From assembly GCA_050273025.1 (NCBI GenBank), contig CP158635.1, forward strand, positions 13,578,001 through 13,642,000: a stretch of DNA of 64,000 bases. Direction: 5' to 3'. Below, in pieces: positions 38,911 to 51,100 of this stretch (its first letter is position 1; the number at the start of each line of letters is the position of its first letter). A program made the translations under genes and the position numbers. Under the pieces are notes generated by a model that was not told the origin of the DNA, did no database searches, and was given only the letters and a program-made list of their open reading frames with translations. The stretch is from Cenococcum geophilum. Its lineage: Eukaryota.

Positions 38911-41581
38911 ATTAAATATTATATATTTAAAGTTTTATTATTATAGCTTTAATATTAAATTTATTATAAACTATTTAGTAAATATTTTTAATATTTTTTA
39001 AATATCTTAAATTTAAAGCTATATAATTAGCTAAAAATAATTAATTTATATAATGTAAACCTAAAAATATATTTATATAGTTATAAATATTCTAATTATA
39101 AAAATTTATAATAATAGCTTTAATAGTGGTTATATTATAAGGGTGTAAAGTTAGGGATTTTGTATGGAAAATGCCGTGCATTAAGTAGGAACGTGCACGG
39201 AGTGGGGAGGTACCCTAAGCGTTTAAAGAATTCTAACCAGAACTCTTCTTAGTAGAACCTAACTAGCTAACTAAAGTCCTTACGGATTATCGCAACCTTA
39301 AGTACTTTATAACTATAAAGTAGCTAAATTAACGCTAAGTATATTGGAATAATAGTTTTAACTTTAAAATTATATATAGGCTAGAAGTATAAGGTATAAA
39401 ACCTAATAGCCTAACACGCTATTTGCAAGATCTTCCTTAGTTAAAGAACGACCCTCGTAATTAGTTCTAATAGTAGATAATCCTAAAAGTAAGGAACCTG
39501 GCCCCTGATATACTACCTATAACAAAACTATTCGCACCCTAGCTTTACGCTATAGACTTAGAGCCGCCCCCCGAAATTAATAAGCTTATTGCTGCTGTAT
39601 ATAATATCTCTATTAACCTATTATTACACTAACTTATTGCCGCGAAAACTGCTAGCGTCTGTAAGCTACCTATTAGCCTCCGAAACTTAGGCCAAATTAA
39701 TATAATAGCCTTAAAAGTAAAGGAGAATAAACTCTATTATAGAGGCCGTCTATTCGTCCCTAATTTAGAAGACCTATAACAGTAACTAATTTAAATGGCC
39801 TATAACCTCTAGTTAAGCAGTTACCTAGGCAAAGGAGAAACGTACGAACTCCTTAGCCGATATTACTTCTGGCCTAAGATAATAGACTTAGTTAAACGCT
39901 TTATAAGCGCCTGTTACGGCTATAAGCGCGCTAAGGCCTTTCGCACTAAGTACTAAGGACTACTACACCCGCTACTAATTCCTATATAGCGGTGGGCAGA
40001 TATAGCTATAGACTTCGTTACTAACCTACTACCCTATAAACGGCACGGTTGTACCTATAAGAACATCTTAATAATAATATGCCGACTTATTAAGGAACGT
40101 CACTACGTCCTAACTAAAGGCATAGCCGTAAACGACGTCGTAGACGCTTTTCTTTACGAAGTTTACTAACTATATGGGATACCTAACTCCATTACATCCG
40201 ACTAGGGCACGTAATTTGACTTTGACCTATGGAGACGGATCTATTAACGTCTTAGTATCTCTATTAAGATGTCTATATCCTTTTACTATAAGACTACGGG
40301 ATAGTTAGAAAATGCTAACGCCAGTATAAAGGCGTACTTACAATAGGTCGTTGCCTATGGCCAAGACAACTAGGTAGATTACCTCCTACTAGGCGAGTTT
40401 ACAGCTAATAACTACGTCTTAGCCACTATAGGACTTACTCCGTTCTTTATAAATAAGGGTTATTACCCCTAATCTGGCATAGAGCTACCAGAACCTATTA
40501 ATAAGAAACTACTATATAGAAAACGCCTTAAGATGCTACTTGCTAACTAGTATATAGACTATATAAAAAATCTACTTAACTACTATAGGGGAGAAATGGC
40601 CTGGGCTTAAGTAAAGTAGGCCTACTTTGCCGACTGTTATAAAACGCCACTACCAGAGATGCGTGTTGGCGACTAGATATAGCTAGATATACGTAATATC
40701 TCTATATAGAGGCCTATAAAGTCACTTAATTATAAGAATCTCGGCCCCTATTAAATTAAATAAGTTATTAATAAGGGAGCCGTATATAAGCTAAAGCTCC
40801 TACCTACCCTAGCTACCTACGGGATATAGCCTATATTTTACCTATAGCTACTATACCTTTACTAGCCTAACCCCTTATTGGGATAGATATAGCCTAAACC
40901 CCTACTAATACTAATCCGAGACAAGAATAAGGACGAGAACTATAAGGAGTGGACTGTTAAACAAATTATTAACTCTAAATACTTTAGTAAAGGTAGAGGA
41001 CGGCGGCTCTACTACAGAGCTATCTATATAGGATTTGATATAGATTAGCCAGAATGGCAGCTATAGAAAAACTTTAAAAATGCAAAGGACCTAATTAGCG
41101 ACTTTTACTACGCGAACCTATAGAAACTAGGCTTAAGCAAAGATTTCATGCATAATCCTCTATAGGAGCCCTTATAGAGTTTAACCGTTATACACTGCCA
41201 CGTAAGGGCAAATTGCCGTTAGATTGCCGTAGATTGCTATTATATAACCGAAAAATTGTTAAGATGGTTAGGAACTTTAACCGCCAATTAAAGTTATCTA
41301 ATTAGTTAAATTCTTAGGCGCTAAGCCTTATTATATAATATTGCTGCGGACTGTAAAGATGTTAGTTTAGCTTACCGCCTTCCACTAAGCTAATAGCGAT
41401 TTTCTATCCCGGGGATAGAAAATCCTAATTAGTCTATTTAACGATTAGAGCTAGCAGAACTCCACACTACTAACCCCTTTAGCGTTATTTATTTTCCTTC
41501 TCTATACCTTAAGCGTTCCTTTTATATATATATAGTAACTATAGCGTCGCCAGAGCTCCGCCTCTATAAGAGGGGGGGTAG

Positions 41582-41786
41582 TGTTACGGAACGCCGCTGT
41601 AGGAGCCTTTATAGGAGACTCCCTAGCGGAATCCCGTGCCCTCGCGTACGCTTCGCGTATAGCTTACATCAGCTACGCGTAGTATATCACCTTCCTACGC
41701 CCTTAATTCTTATAATCGATCGCGTAACGTCTTATAGACTCCTAGAATACATACGTTCAGTAGCCACTATTCCACGCCCTATAATA
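41582..41786 (+). repeat. C 3' LTR
   Basis: Direct repeat of 23374-23578, followed by atccc. Confidence 0.95.
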
Positions 41787-41993
41787 ATCCCCCTGCCTAA
41801 AATAAATATTTAAATAACTAGTATAGGCGGTGTACCGCTGTCCTAATTATATAAAAGGATAACTAGTATAAGTAACTAATCGCTTCCGTTAAGCCCTACC
41901 TACTAACCCTAATTATTATCTAATTTCGGTTTAGTATCTAGTAAGTACTACTTATAAGGACGAAGCTATAATTAACACGCTATAAGAACTCCG

Positions 41994-42181
41994 TGTTATA
42001 GTACGTGCTAACTATTAAGGTACGATATACGAGGTAACTGTATATAATTAACAAACGATATTATATAAGGATCTATGTATAGAGGTAAGGCGGTATATAT
42101 GCGTGTCGCTCAGAGGTTAGGTCTATACTCGTGTTACAGTAACGCCAAGTTATAATAATGTGTTAGGTTAGTGCCGTAATA
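41994..42181. mobile_element. Solo LTR (188 bp)
   Basis: Termini tgttatagtac...gtgccgtaata (RIPed TGTTACGGCAC/GTGCCGTAACA); flanks ctccg and ctcta. Confidence 0.75.
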
Positions 42182-42186
42182 CTCTA

Positions 42187-45100
42187 TATTACGGAGTAAG
42201 TATAAGCGGCGATAATATATAGCAAGGTAGATATTATTAAGCTATATATATAAACTGTATAAGAAGTTAAGACGTTATATAAGGAAAGAAGGTAGGAAAA
42301 TAGGAAGAAAGGGTATATATTATAGACTTAGTTGCTTAGTTAATACGTACACGGAGCAGAATAGGATTTAGATAGTAGTCCTGGCAGAACTTAGTAGGAT
42401 TTAGTAAAACTTAGTAGAATTTAATAGAATATGGCAGGATGCGGCAGATTGCTAATAGATTGCTATATATTGCGGCAAATTGCGGTTTTATAGTTAGTCT
42501 TTAGTTACTAAGTTAGTGGAAATAGGTAGATATATGCAAGGTGTTACGGGGGTGTCCTATAATAGTACCCCCCCTTTAAACTCAAGCTTCTATAAGATAG
42601 GGCTATAGTAGTTCTAAGTAAAGTTTATAAAAGTCTTTTACGGCTTATATAAGTCCTATAGAGTTAACGGGTTCCTATAAGGGCTTAGTATAGCCTCTTT
42701 ACTTTATAAGATATATATATTGGCGTTTCCGTTTATTATACTTAATATTATTAATTCTTTTAATAAAGTACTTATCTTTACCATCCACCTTAACTAGTGG
42801 GGGAGGGTCCTATATTTATCTAGACAGGGCGTTTAATATAGGGGTAGTAGGGTGGAGGACTAACGTATAGAATATGGGGTAAATTTTAACCGTATTAGGG
42901 AGCTTTAGTTAGTAGGCATAAGGAAAGATAACCTTTTTAACCTTATAAAGGCCAGCGTTCTTCTAATTAAGTTTCTTAGTAGGTTATTTTATATTTAGAT
43001 TTCTTATATTTAGCTAAACGAAATCACTAATTTAGTAAGCCAGTACTGGGGTTTATTTCTTATTCGCTGCGGCTTTATAAATAGATTAAGCCTATATTAT
43101 CTTATTAGTAAAGAACTATTATAGTTCCTCTATCTTCTTTATAAATTTATTTACTTCTATAACTTATAAGGCGTAATAAGCGGGGTAAGAAATATTACTA
43201 AAGGGTTTAAACCCCATTTATAGGTACTAGCCGTAATTAGCTAGAAATAGAGAGACTTTTATAGTTTCTAAGATAGAATTATTTATAGTAAACTTAGTAA
43301 ATATAAGCTAGTTAATCTAGTTATTTTATAAATATAACATATATATCTAAATATACTGTTCTATTATAGCATTTACGCGTTTTATTTAACTATCCGTTTC
43401 TAGGTAATATGTAATAAACAGTAGTGCTTTAATATAGAGTTAAGTAGTAAGTTTTTTCTAGAATACTAAGATAAACTAGCTGCCTTTATTAGAGATTATT
43501 GTTTTAGGGAGTCTATAAAGTTTCTATATATAATCTAAGAATAGTTAGGCAACGGTAGGCGTTAATATATTAGGGCAGGCAATTAAGTATCTTATCTTAA
43601 ATAGTTAGTCTATAACTACTATAATATTTATATAGCCTTTACTCTTAGGGAGGTTAATAATAAAGTTAATTAAGATATTCTTCTATCTTTAGTCTAGAAT
43701 AGGCAGCGGCTTTAAAAGGCCATTATATGTCTTATATAAGGCTTTAGCTTACTAGTAGGTATAGTAGCTAGAGATATACCTTCGTATAATATTATATATA
43801 TTTAGCTAATAATACTCCTATTAGAGTAGTTTTAGGGTCTTTCCTTAGCCTAGGTGGCTGGTAACAGGTAAATTATATACATGTTTAAGGAGCTTAAGCT
43901 TAAGCTTATTATAATTAGGGATAACTAGACGGTTTTAGTAATATAAACGGTTTCTATAGGCTTTATATTTACTTAAAGAAATCTTTTTAGAGCGTCTAAT
44001 GCTATCTTATATTAGCTTAAGCGTCTCTTAAATAAACTCGTTATTCGGGTATTTATTAACTATAATTTAATTAATTAATTAATTAGTTATTTTAAGGACG
44101 TGTACTATAAGATCTTTAGTAGGAGGGTTAAACAGTTTAGGGTAAAGTAGGGTCTAATTTTAGTAAGAGTGCGCTTTTTTTTAGGGCTGGCGCGTCTTAC
44201 AAGTATTAGGTTAGGGTATTAGGCTTCTAACCTTAGACGCCTAGGTAGTATATAATTAAAAATTAGAAGTGTAATAAATATTCTAACTAGTAAGCCTAAT
44301 AATAACTTAATTGTTTTATAGTTGTAAAGTATTATAGGTTCTTATAGTCGCTAAGGACCTTAATTAAAAATCTAGCGCCTTTTAGTTTAGGTCGCCATTG
44401 CTTAAAGCATCTAATAATAGCTAATAATTCTTTATTATAGATCTTATAATTATATTTAGTAGGGCTTAGTTACTTTAAGAAGTATACTATAAAGTATAAT
44501 ACTCCTTTTTTATTATATTAAGACAGAATGCCTCTAGTAATATAATTAGATAAGTTGGCTTTTATAACACTTATTTATTTTAGGTTAAAGTATTAGAGTA
44601 TAGGTATAGTAGTAAATATAACCTTTAGATAAGCAAAGGCCTTCTTATATTCTTTATTAAAGATAAAAGCTTTATTCTTTTAGGTTAGAGTAATAAGGAG
44701 TAAAACTAGGGCGAAGAAGTTATTAATAAACTATTAGTAGAAATTAGCAAATCCTATAAAGGCTTTTATATCCTTAACGTTCTTAAGTTCCTGCTAATTT
44801 ATAATTACTTTGACTTTCTTTAGGTCTATTTATATACTATTTATAAAAATAAAAAGTTTAAGGTATAGGACTTCCGTTTTATAGAATTTATATTTATTTA
44901 TATTTAATTATAGACTAGCTCTATATAGGGCTTATAAAATAAGATTAACGTATTTCTAATATTTGGTTAAGTTATTACTATATATTAAAATGTCATTAAT
45001 ATAAGTAGTATAGAAGATGTTTAGGTAGGGATATAGGGTATTATTTATATAATATTAGAACGAGCTCGGAGTATTTATAAGGCTAAATAGTATTACTAAG

Positions 45101-48100
45101 TATTTAAATAATCTATACCGAGTACGGAATATAGTAAGCTATTTATCTCCTTTTGCTATATAGAGGCGGTTAAATATAGAGATAATATTAAGCTTTATAT
45201 AGTAGCGAGCCTTACTTAATTAGTTTAGTGTCTCCTATATTAATAGGATCGGATATTAGTTCTTAACGGTAACGGCGTTAAAAGCTTAGTAGTCTACATA
45301 GAAGTATAAACCGCTGCTAGGTTTTTTAATAAAGATTACTAATACGGCTATAGGCGATAAGCTCGCTCTAATAAATCCTTTACTTATATTCTTATCTGGA
45401 TACTTCTATAGCACTTAGTGTTCGTTTTAAGACATCCTATATAGGGGTTTAAATCTAGGCTACTTTCCGTCTTTAAGTATAATCTTATAGTCGTACAATT
45501 ATTATTCCGGTAGCTTATTAGCTTCCTTTTAAGAGAATACCTCTAGGCGGTTATAGTACTCTACTAGTACCTTTATAGCAGGGTTAGTGTACTTTTTCGA
45601 TGCTAAGGCCTTCTTAATATTAGCTATAGTAATAGCGAAGATCGTATATTTAGGTTTCTTAGTAAGTTATACTAACGGAGTAGCTCTAATTATATGGATA
45701 TTTAGGGTGCTGAGCTCGCTTAGATTGTCTATAGTTTCTTATTTAGGTTTAGGTTTAATATTAGGTATAGAGTTAGTATTAGATTTAGGTTTGGGTTCTT
45801 TAAGAATCCTTTTTATAGTAGTATACTAGTCCTTCTAGTATTTTCGTGTATTAAGCTTAAGCTTCTACTTAGCTTAGGGCGGTATAGTACTTAGTAATAA
45901 CTTATAGAATTTAGTAGAGTTTTTAGATCCTTAGTGGATGTCGGTAGAATTCTTATATTAGTGAAATTTGGTAGATTCCTTAGGTATAGGGTGGATAGTC
46001 GTAGAAATTTTAAACTAGTGGATCCTGATAGATTTTTTAGATTTCAGTTCTAGGTCTAAGCAGCGAGTATTAATGCACTTCTACTTGTAATGGGAGGCGG
46101 TAAATAAAAGCTTAAGGTTGTTCTAATTAATAGTTACCTTATATAGCTTTATCTAGGGCTGTTTAAGGATTACTAGGTAACCTAGGGTAGTAATAAAAAG
46201 CTTAATTAGTTCTTTATAGTTTAGGTATTAGAGTCTTAGGGCTACTATATAGGTAATACGGCCTAAGACGATGCGTTTGCTATTAAATCTAAATACGTTA
46301 ATATGCCGGTTAAGGGGGTTAAGGTAAAACTATTATTTTATATAAAGATCTTATTAATAAATCCTATGCCGCTAGCTCCTGTATTAATTAGGATTTAAGT
46401 ATTAGCCTATTAACTATTCTGCTAAAAACAGCAGTTAATAGTTATACTACGGTCCTAAGAGTTAGAGTTTATAACATTAAATGCGTTTAATAAGATCCTA
46501 TAGTAGAGCTGTCTTAAAGAGCGACTTAACTCTAAGACCTTTCTTTTAGAGGCGATTAGGGCGGGGTTCTTATAGGACGTTAGTTGGAGCTTCGTCCTTA
46601 TAGACGGTGCTTACTAGATAAAGGGCTGGAACCGGACAATAAGGGCCGCAATTAATAGCTTAAGGTTAGGCGCGATAAATAGTTGCCAACATTAGCCGTT
46701 TATAAATTATTTTAGGGTGTAGGTAAGGAGACGAGATAGTATTTTAAGATATAGTCCTTACTTCCGCATTTAAAGCAAAGGCCTAGCTTAATACGTCTTT
46801 CTTATTTAGGGGACCCTAGTAGGGCGTACTTTAGGGTTTTAGTGTTAATATCCATGGCGTTAGGGTACTTAGGCTAAAATAATAACTTAGTAGACGTTTA
46901 TGGGGTTACCGTATTATATTAGGGGGCTAGCTTTAGTATTAGGCGTAATATATTATTATACCGTTTATTAATAATATTTATATAGGCATTAAGGGCTCCT
47001 AATAGGTCTACGCCTATTAGGGAGGTTTTTAGTTTAGGACTTAGGGATTTAATAAGGCTGTTAACTAGTGCAGAGTTATTCCAGCCAGTCTCCCTTACGT
47101 AATAGTTAAATTTGGAGAAGTATATTAAGAAACTTTTCGTTCCTTAAGCTATATAGTTTATCTTTCTCTAAGTAGTAGCTTAGCGGTTTGGGTTACCGTA
47201 TATAGCTTTAAGAAGTACAACTAGGCTTTATATTAAGTTTGGTTAAAGGGGTTTAATAAGGTTAGCTACCTCTCCTCCTAGTTAACTTAGGGCGTAATAG
47301 AGTTAGTTAGCTTTAGTTAGGTAACAGTTAATATTACCGGTTAGCTTATTCTTAAGCTAGCTTAGAAATAATTAGAGCTCTTACTGTTTACCAGTAAATA
47401 CTAGAGGGTTAGGTAGCTTTTCGGATTATTATAATATAGTAGTTAATTTAGGGTGGACAGCTATTATAGGTTTAGGGCTTATATTCCGCGTATTTATTTC
47501 TAAGGATAGTGTTTAGTCTTAGGGCCCTAATATAGGCATCTTAAGTGTACGGATTTCTTCTTAAAGGTCCTTAATTAATTGCTAGTATCGAACTTCTTAT
47601 TCAGCTTATTATTAATTTAAAGTAGCTTAGTTTTATATAAGGGCGTCTATAAAAGACTTTTATATTTTTACTAGTTGTTTTTAAAGTATAAATATAATAC
47701 CGGCGGCCATTACGGGGGCTTTAGGGTTGTTTTATATTTTAGAGGTAGTATATAAAGTTAACGTAATATAGTATTATAGAGTAAGTATAAGCGGCGATAA
47801 TATATAGCAAGGTAGATATTATTAAGCTATATATATAAACTGTGTAAGAAGTTAAGACGTTATATAAGGAAAGAAGGTAGGAAAATGGGAAGAAAGGGTA
47901 TATATTATAAACTTAGTTACTTAATTAATATATATACGGAGCAGAATAGGATTTAGGTAGTAGTCCTGGTAGAACTTAGTAAGTATAACGGCTTGTATAA
48001 ATGCCTCTAAACCAAAGCTTGTAGAATGCTATCTTACAAAGATACTAAGCTAAAGAGAAGGAAAAGGGGTCGCTAGGACTAATGTAAACAAATATATAGG

Positions 48101-51100
48101 GTAAGCCGCTAAGGCGCTAGCTTTGGGCGGGCCAATTATAGGTTAGCAGAACATAGCAGAATTTAGTAGGTAACGTGCAATAGCGCCGTTACATCACCCC
48201 CCTCTTTAAAAGAAAGCCTACCTTTAGGCTTAGTTAGAAATAGGGTAGTACTAGGCTTATAAACGTAGGATTATATAATATAAGATAAGGAGATAAAGGG
48301 GATATAAGTACGTCCAAACTAAGTATAAAGGGCAATTATAGGCTAAGTAGAAGCACTAGGCTAGAAAAAATAGCCGCTAAAAGTCTTAGCACAGATTTAA
48401 CTAATTAGATAACTTTAACCAGCGGTTAAAGTTCCTAGATATTTAAAATTTTACAGTACTGGTAGAAAACGGCAGAATTTGGCAGATAGCTGTGTTAGGA
48501 CTTTAGGGCGTTTTTGTCTCTATATTCTTCCGGTAACTTATTATCTTTATTATACTAGTATTCTATCTATTTATCTAGGTACTTTAGGGGTCTAGGTATA
48601 TTAGGGTATTAGTTATAAAATTCTTTAAGCTTTTAGGGGTAGCCTATAAAGTTCTACGTAGGGTACTAGGTTAGGTTAGGATTGTAGCCCTTTTATTAGA
48701 TAAGGTATTTTAGCGTTTCCTATACTATCTTGCATACTAGTATTTTATTAACCTCCTATTTATTATTAACGTTTACTTAAACTAGTAGAGGAGGCTTGTT
48801 CTTTTGTCCAGGCAATAAGTTATTTATAGCTTTCCGTAACTTATCTGGCGAAAAAATAGGGTAAACCCTAATTAAATCTGAGAGCTTTATCTTATATAAG
48901 TTACCTATCTTCTTAAAAACCTTATACAGTCCTACTATCTAGTAGTCTAGCTTACGGCTAGGTTATTTAGTCCTCTAATTCCTTATTATAACCTAGACTA
49001 TATCGCCAGGGGCAAAATTAGGCTCTTAATGGTGTTTGTTTGCCTACTGTTTTATTAACCTTTAAGCTTTTTCTAGGTTCTTATAGGCTACCATCTAAGC
49101 TTCCTCCAATTATTTAGTATACTATTAGGCCTTAGTATAGGATAGCTTCTCTTATATAGTTTAGGGTTTTTCTAGCCTTTTCTAGTTAAAGCTTATATAG
49201 GGTAAGTATCCTATTTTTAGCTAAATTAGGGCAAACCCTGTAGAGTTATAGGGTAGGGTTGCTTGCGCGTAGTCTATTAAGGGTAGTAGTTTAGACTAGT
49301 TATCCTAGAAATAGTTAATAAAGGGCTTAAGCCTCTAGTCTAGGTACTAATTTATAATCTCTGTCTAACCGTCTGTCTAGGGGTAATAAGCCGTAAAAAG
49401 CTTTAGCTTAATACCTAGGATTTAGGTAAACTTATTTTAGAAGGCTAATATAAACTATAGCTTATAATTAGATATAATAGTATCTAGTAGTTTATAGATT
49501 TAGTAGACGTAATAGATATATAGCTAGGCTGCCTCTTTAGCATTAATGTCTTTATAATAGGGAATTAAGAACGGGCGTTTACTAAAGCGGTCGACTATAA
49601 CTATAACTATATTATATCCGTTACGGTCCCTAGGTAGTTTATAAAAGTCTATAAAGATATACTACTAAGGGCGCTCTAGTATTAGAAGTGGCTTAAGTAG
49701 TTTTAGGGTCTTATCCCGTGGGATTATAGCTCTTTAGCAGTCTTCGCAGTTCCGTATATATCAATTAATATCCACAACTATTCTTAGCTAATAATAGTAG
49801 TAGTTAATAATTTTATGGGTCTTATTTTTACTAGGGTATACCGTAGAGACTTAGCAATAAGCTTCGCGGATTAGTTTAGTCTATAAATTATTAACGTTAG
49901 GGACTATAAGCCGCTCCTAATATAGGAGTAATCCTTTCTCTATCTTAAAATTAGGGTCTCCTTTTATAGCTTGTTCGCGGAGGGCCCTTAGGGCATTAGC
50001 TATACAATTTATAGTTAAAAGGTAGTTAATTAGCCCTATTAGCTTATCTAAGGACTTCTCTATTAGTACTAGCTCGTTTTACTAGGAGTCTAGCTCCTTA
50101 AGGATCCGTAGGTTAAGCTATTCTAAATAGAGGAGGGCGCGCGTCTAATATTAGGTCTTTAGCTTATTCTAGGGTTCTATATCTTATTCTCTTTAGGTTA
50201 AGGTATTAGCCTTAGAGTTTTACTTACTAGAATAATATATAATTATAAAAAAGAATTAGGAGAGTATTTTAGCTTACTAGGCTTATTATTTAGTAAGCTG
50301 CTTTATAGTTATAAAGTACTCTAGGGCTTTATAATCTATATATATTTTAATCCGGGAGTTCGTACCTTTAAGCTCTACGTACTATTAGGAAAGTAATTAA
50401 ATAATAAATAGTATTTCTTTATTATATACTTTATAGTTATACTTAGCCGGGTTTATTATCTTTAAGAAGAAAGCTATAGGGTATTATTTACCGTCTAGAT
50501 GTAACTGTAATAGGATTCCCGCTATAACCCTATTAAAGGCGTCCGTTTCTAGTATTAATTTAAGATCTAGGTTATAGTAATAAAGAATTAGGGAAGAGAT
50601 AAGCCGATCTTTTATCTTTTTAAAGGCTTTTATATAGCTATTATTAAAGATAAAAGGCGTGTCCTTTCTAGTTAATCGTATAAGAGGTTTTACTATAATT
50701 CTATAGTTATAGATAAACTAGTAGTAGAAGTTATAAAAGCTAAAAAAGGATTAGATTCCTTTTATTATATAAGGGGGCTTTTAGTTACGGATTACCTCTA
50801 CCTTTTTAGGGTTAACTTTAATTCCTTTTATAGTTATAATAAACCTAAGGTATTTTATATATTTTACCCTAAACTTGTATTTCTTAATATTAACTTATAA
50901 GCCCGTGTTCCGTAATCTCTCTAAAACCTTTTTAATATAAACTTAATACTTAAGTTTGTTATTTAAGTATATAAGAATATCGTCTAAGTATACTGTATAG
51001 AATTTATTAAGGTAATTAAAAAGGACGTTATTTATATACCTTTAGTATATAGCTAGTCCGTTTATTAGTTTAAAAGGAAGAACTTTATATTTATAGGAAC

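Larger units (their letters stand above)
29242..39215. mobile_element. TA-flanked DNA transposon derivative with long (~315 bp) TIRs; ~1.07 kb after removing three nested inserts
   Basis: gagtacctccctactccgtgcacg at 29242 is the inverse of cgtgcacggagtggggaggtaccc ending 39215. TA TSD. Removal restores the C RNase H frame (ELLTII.AFKEF.PEL). The core is extremely AT-rich and may be a pogo-type remnant. Confidence 0.88.
23374..41786 (+). mobile_element. Full-length Gypsy chromovirus C inserted in gag of B; itself interrupted at 26178 and 29242
   Basis: 205-bp LTRs at 23374-23578 and 41582-41786; TSD atccc on both sides; PPT agggggggtag. RT AYLDDILIYS (~28615-28645), IN and chromodomain at 39850-41120. 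Confidence 0.95.
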
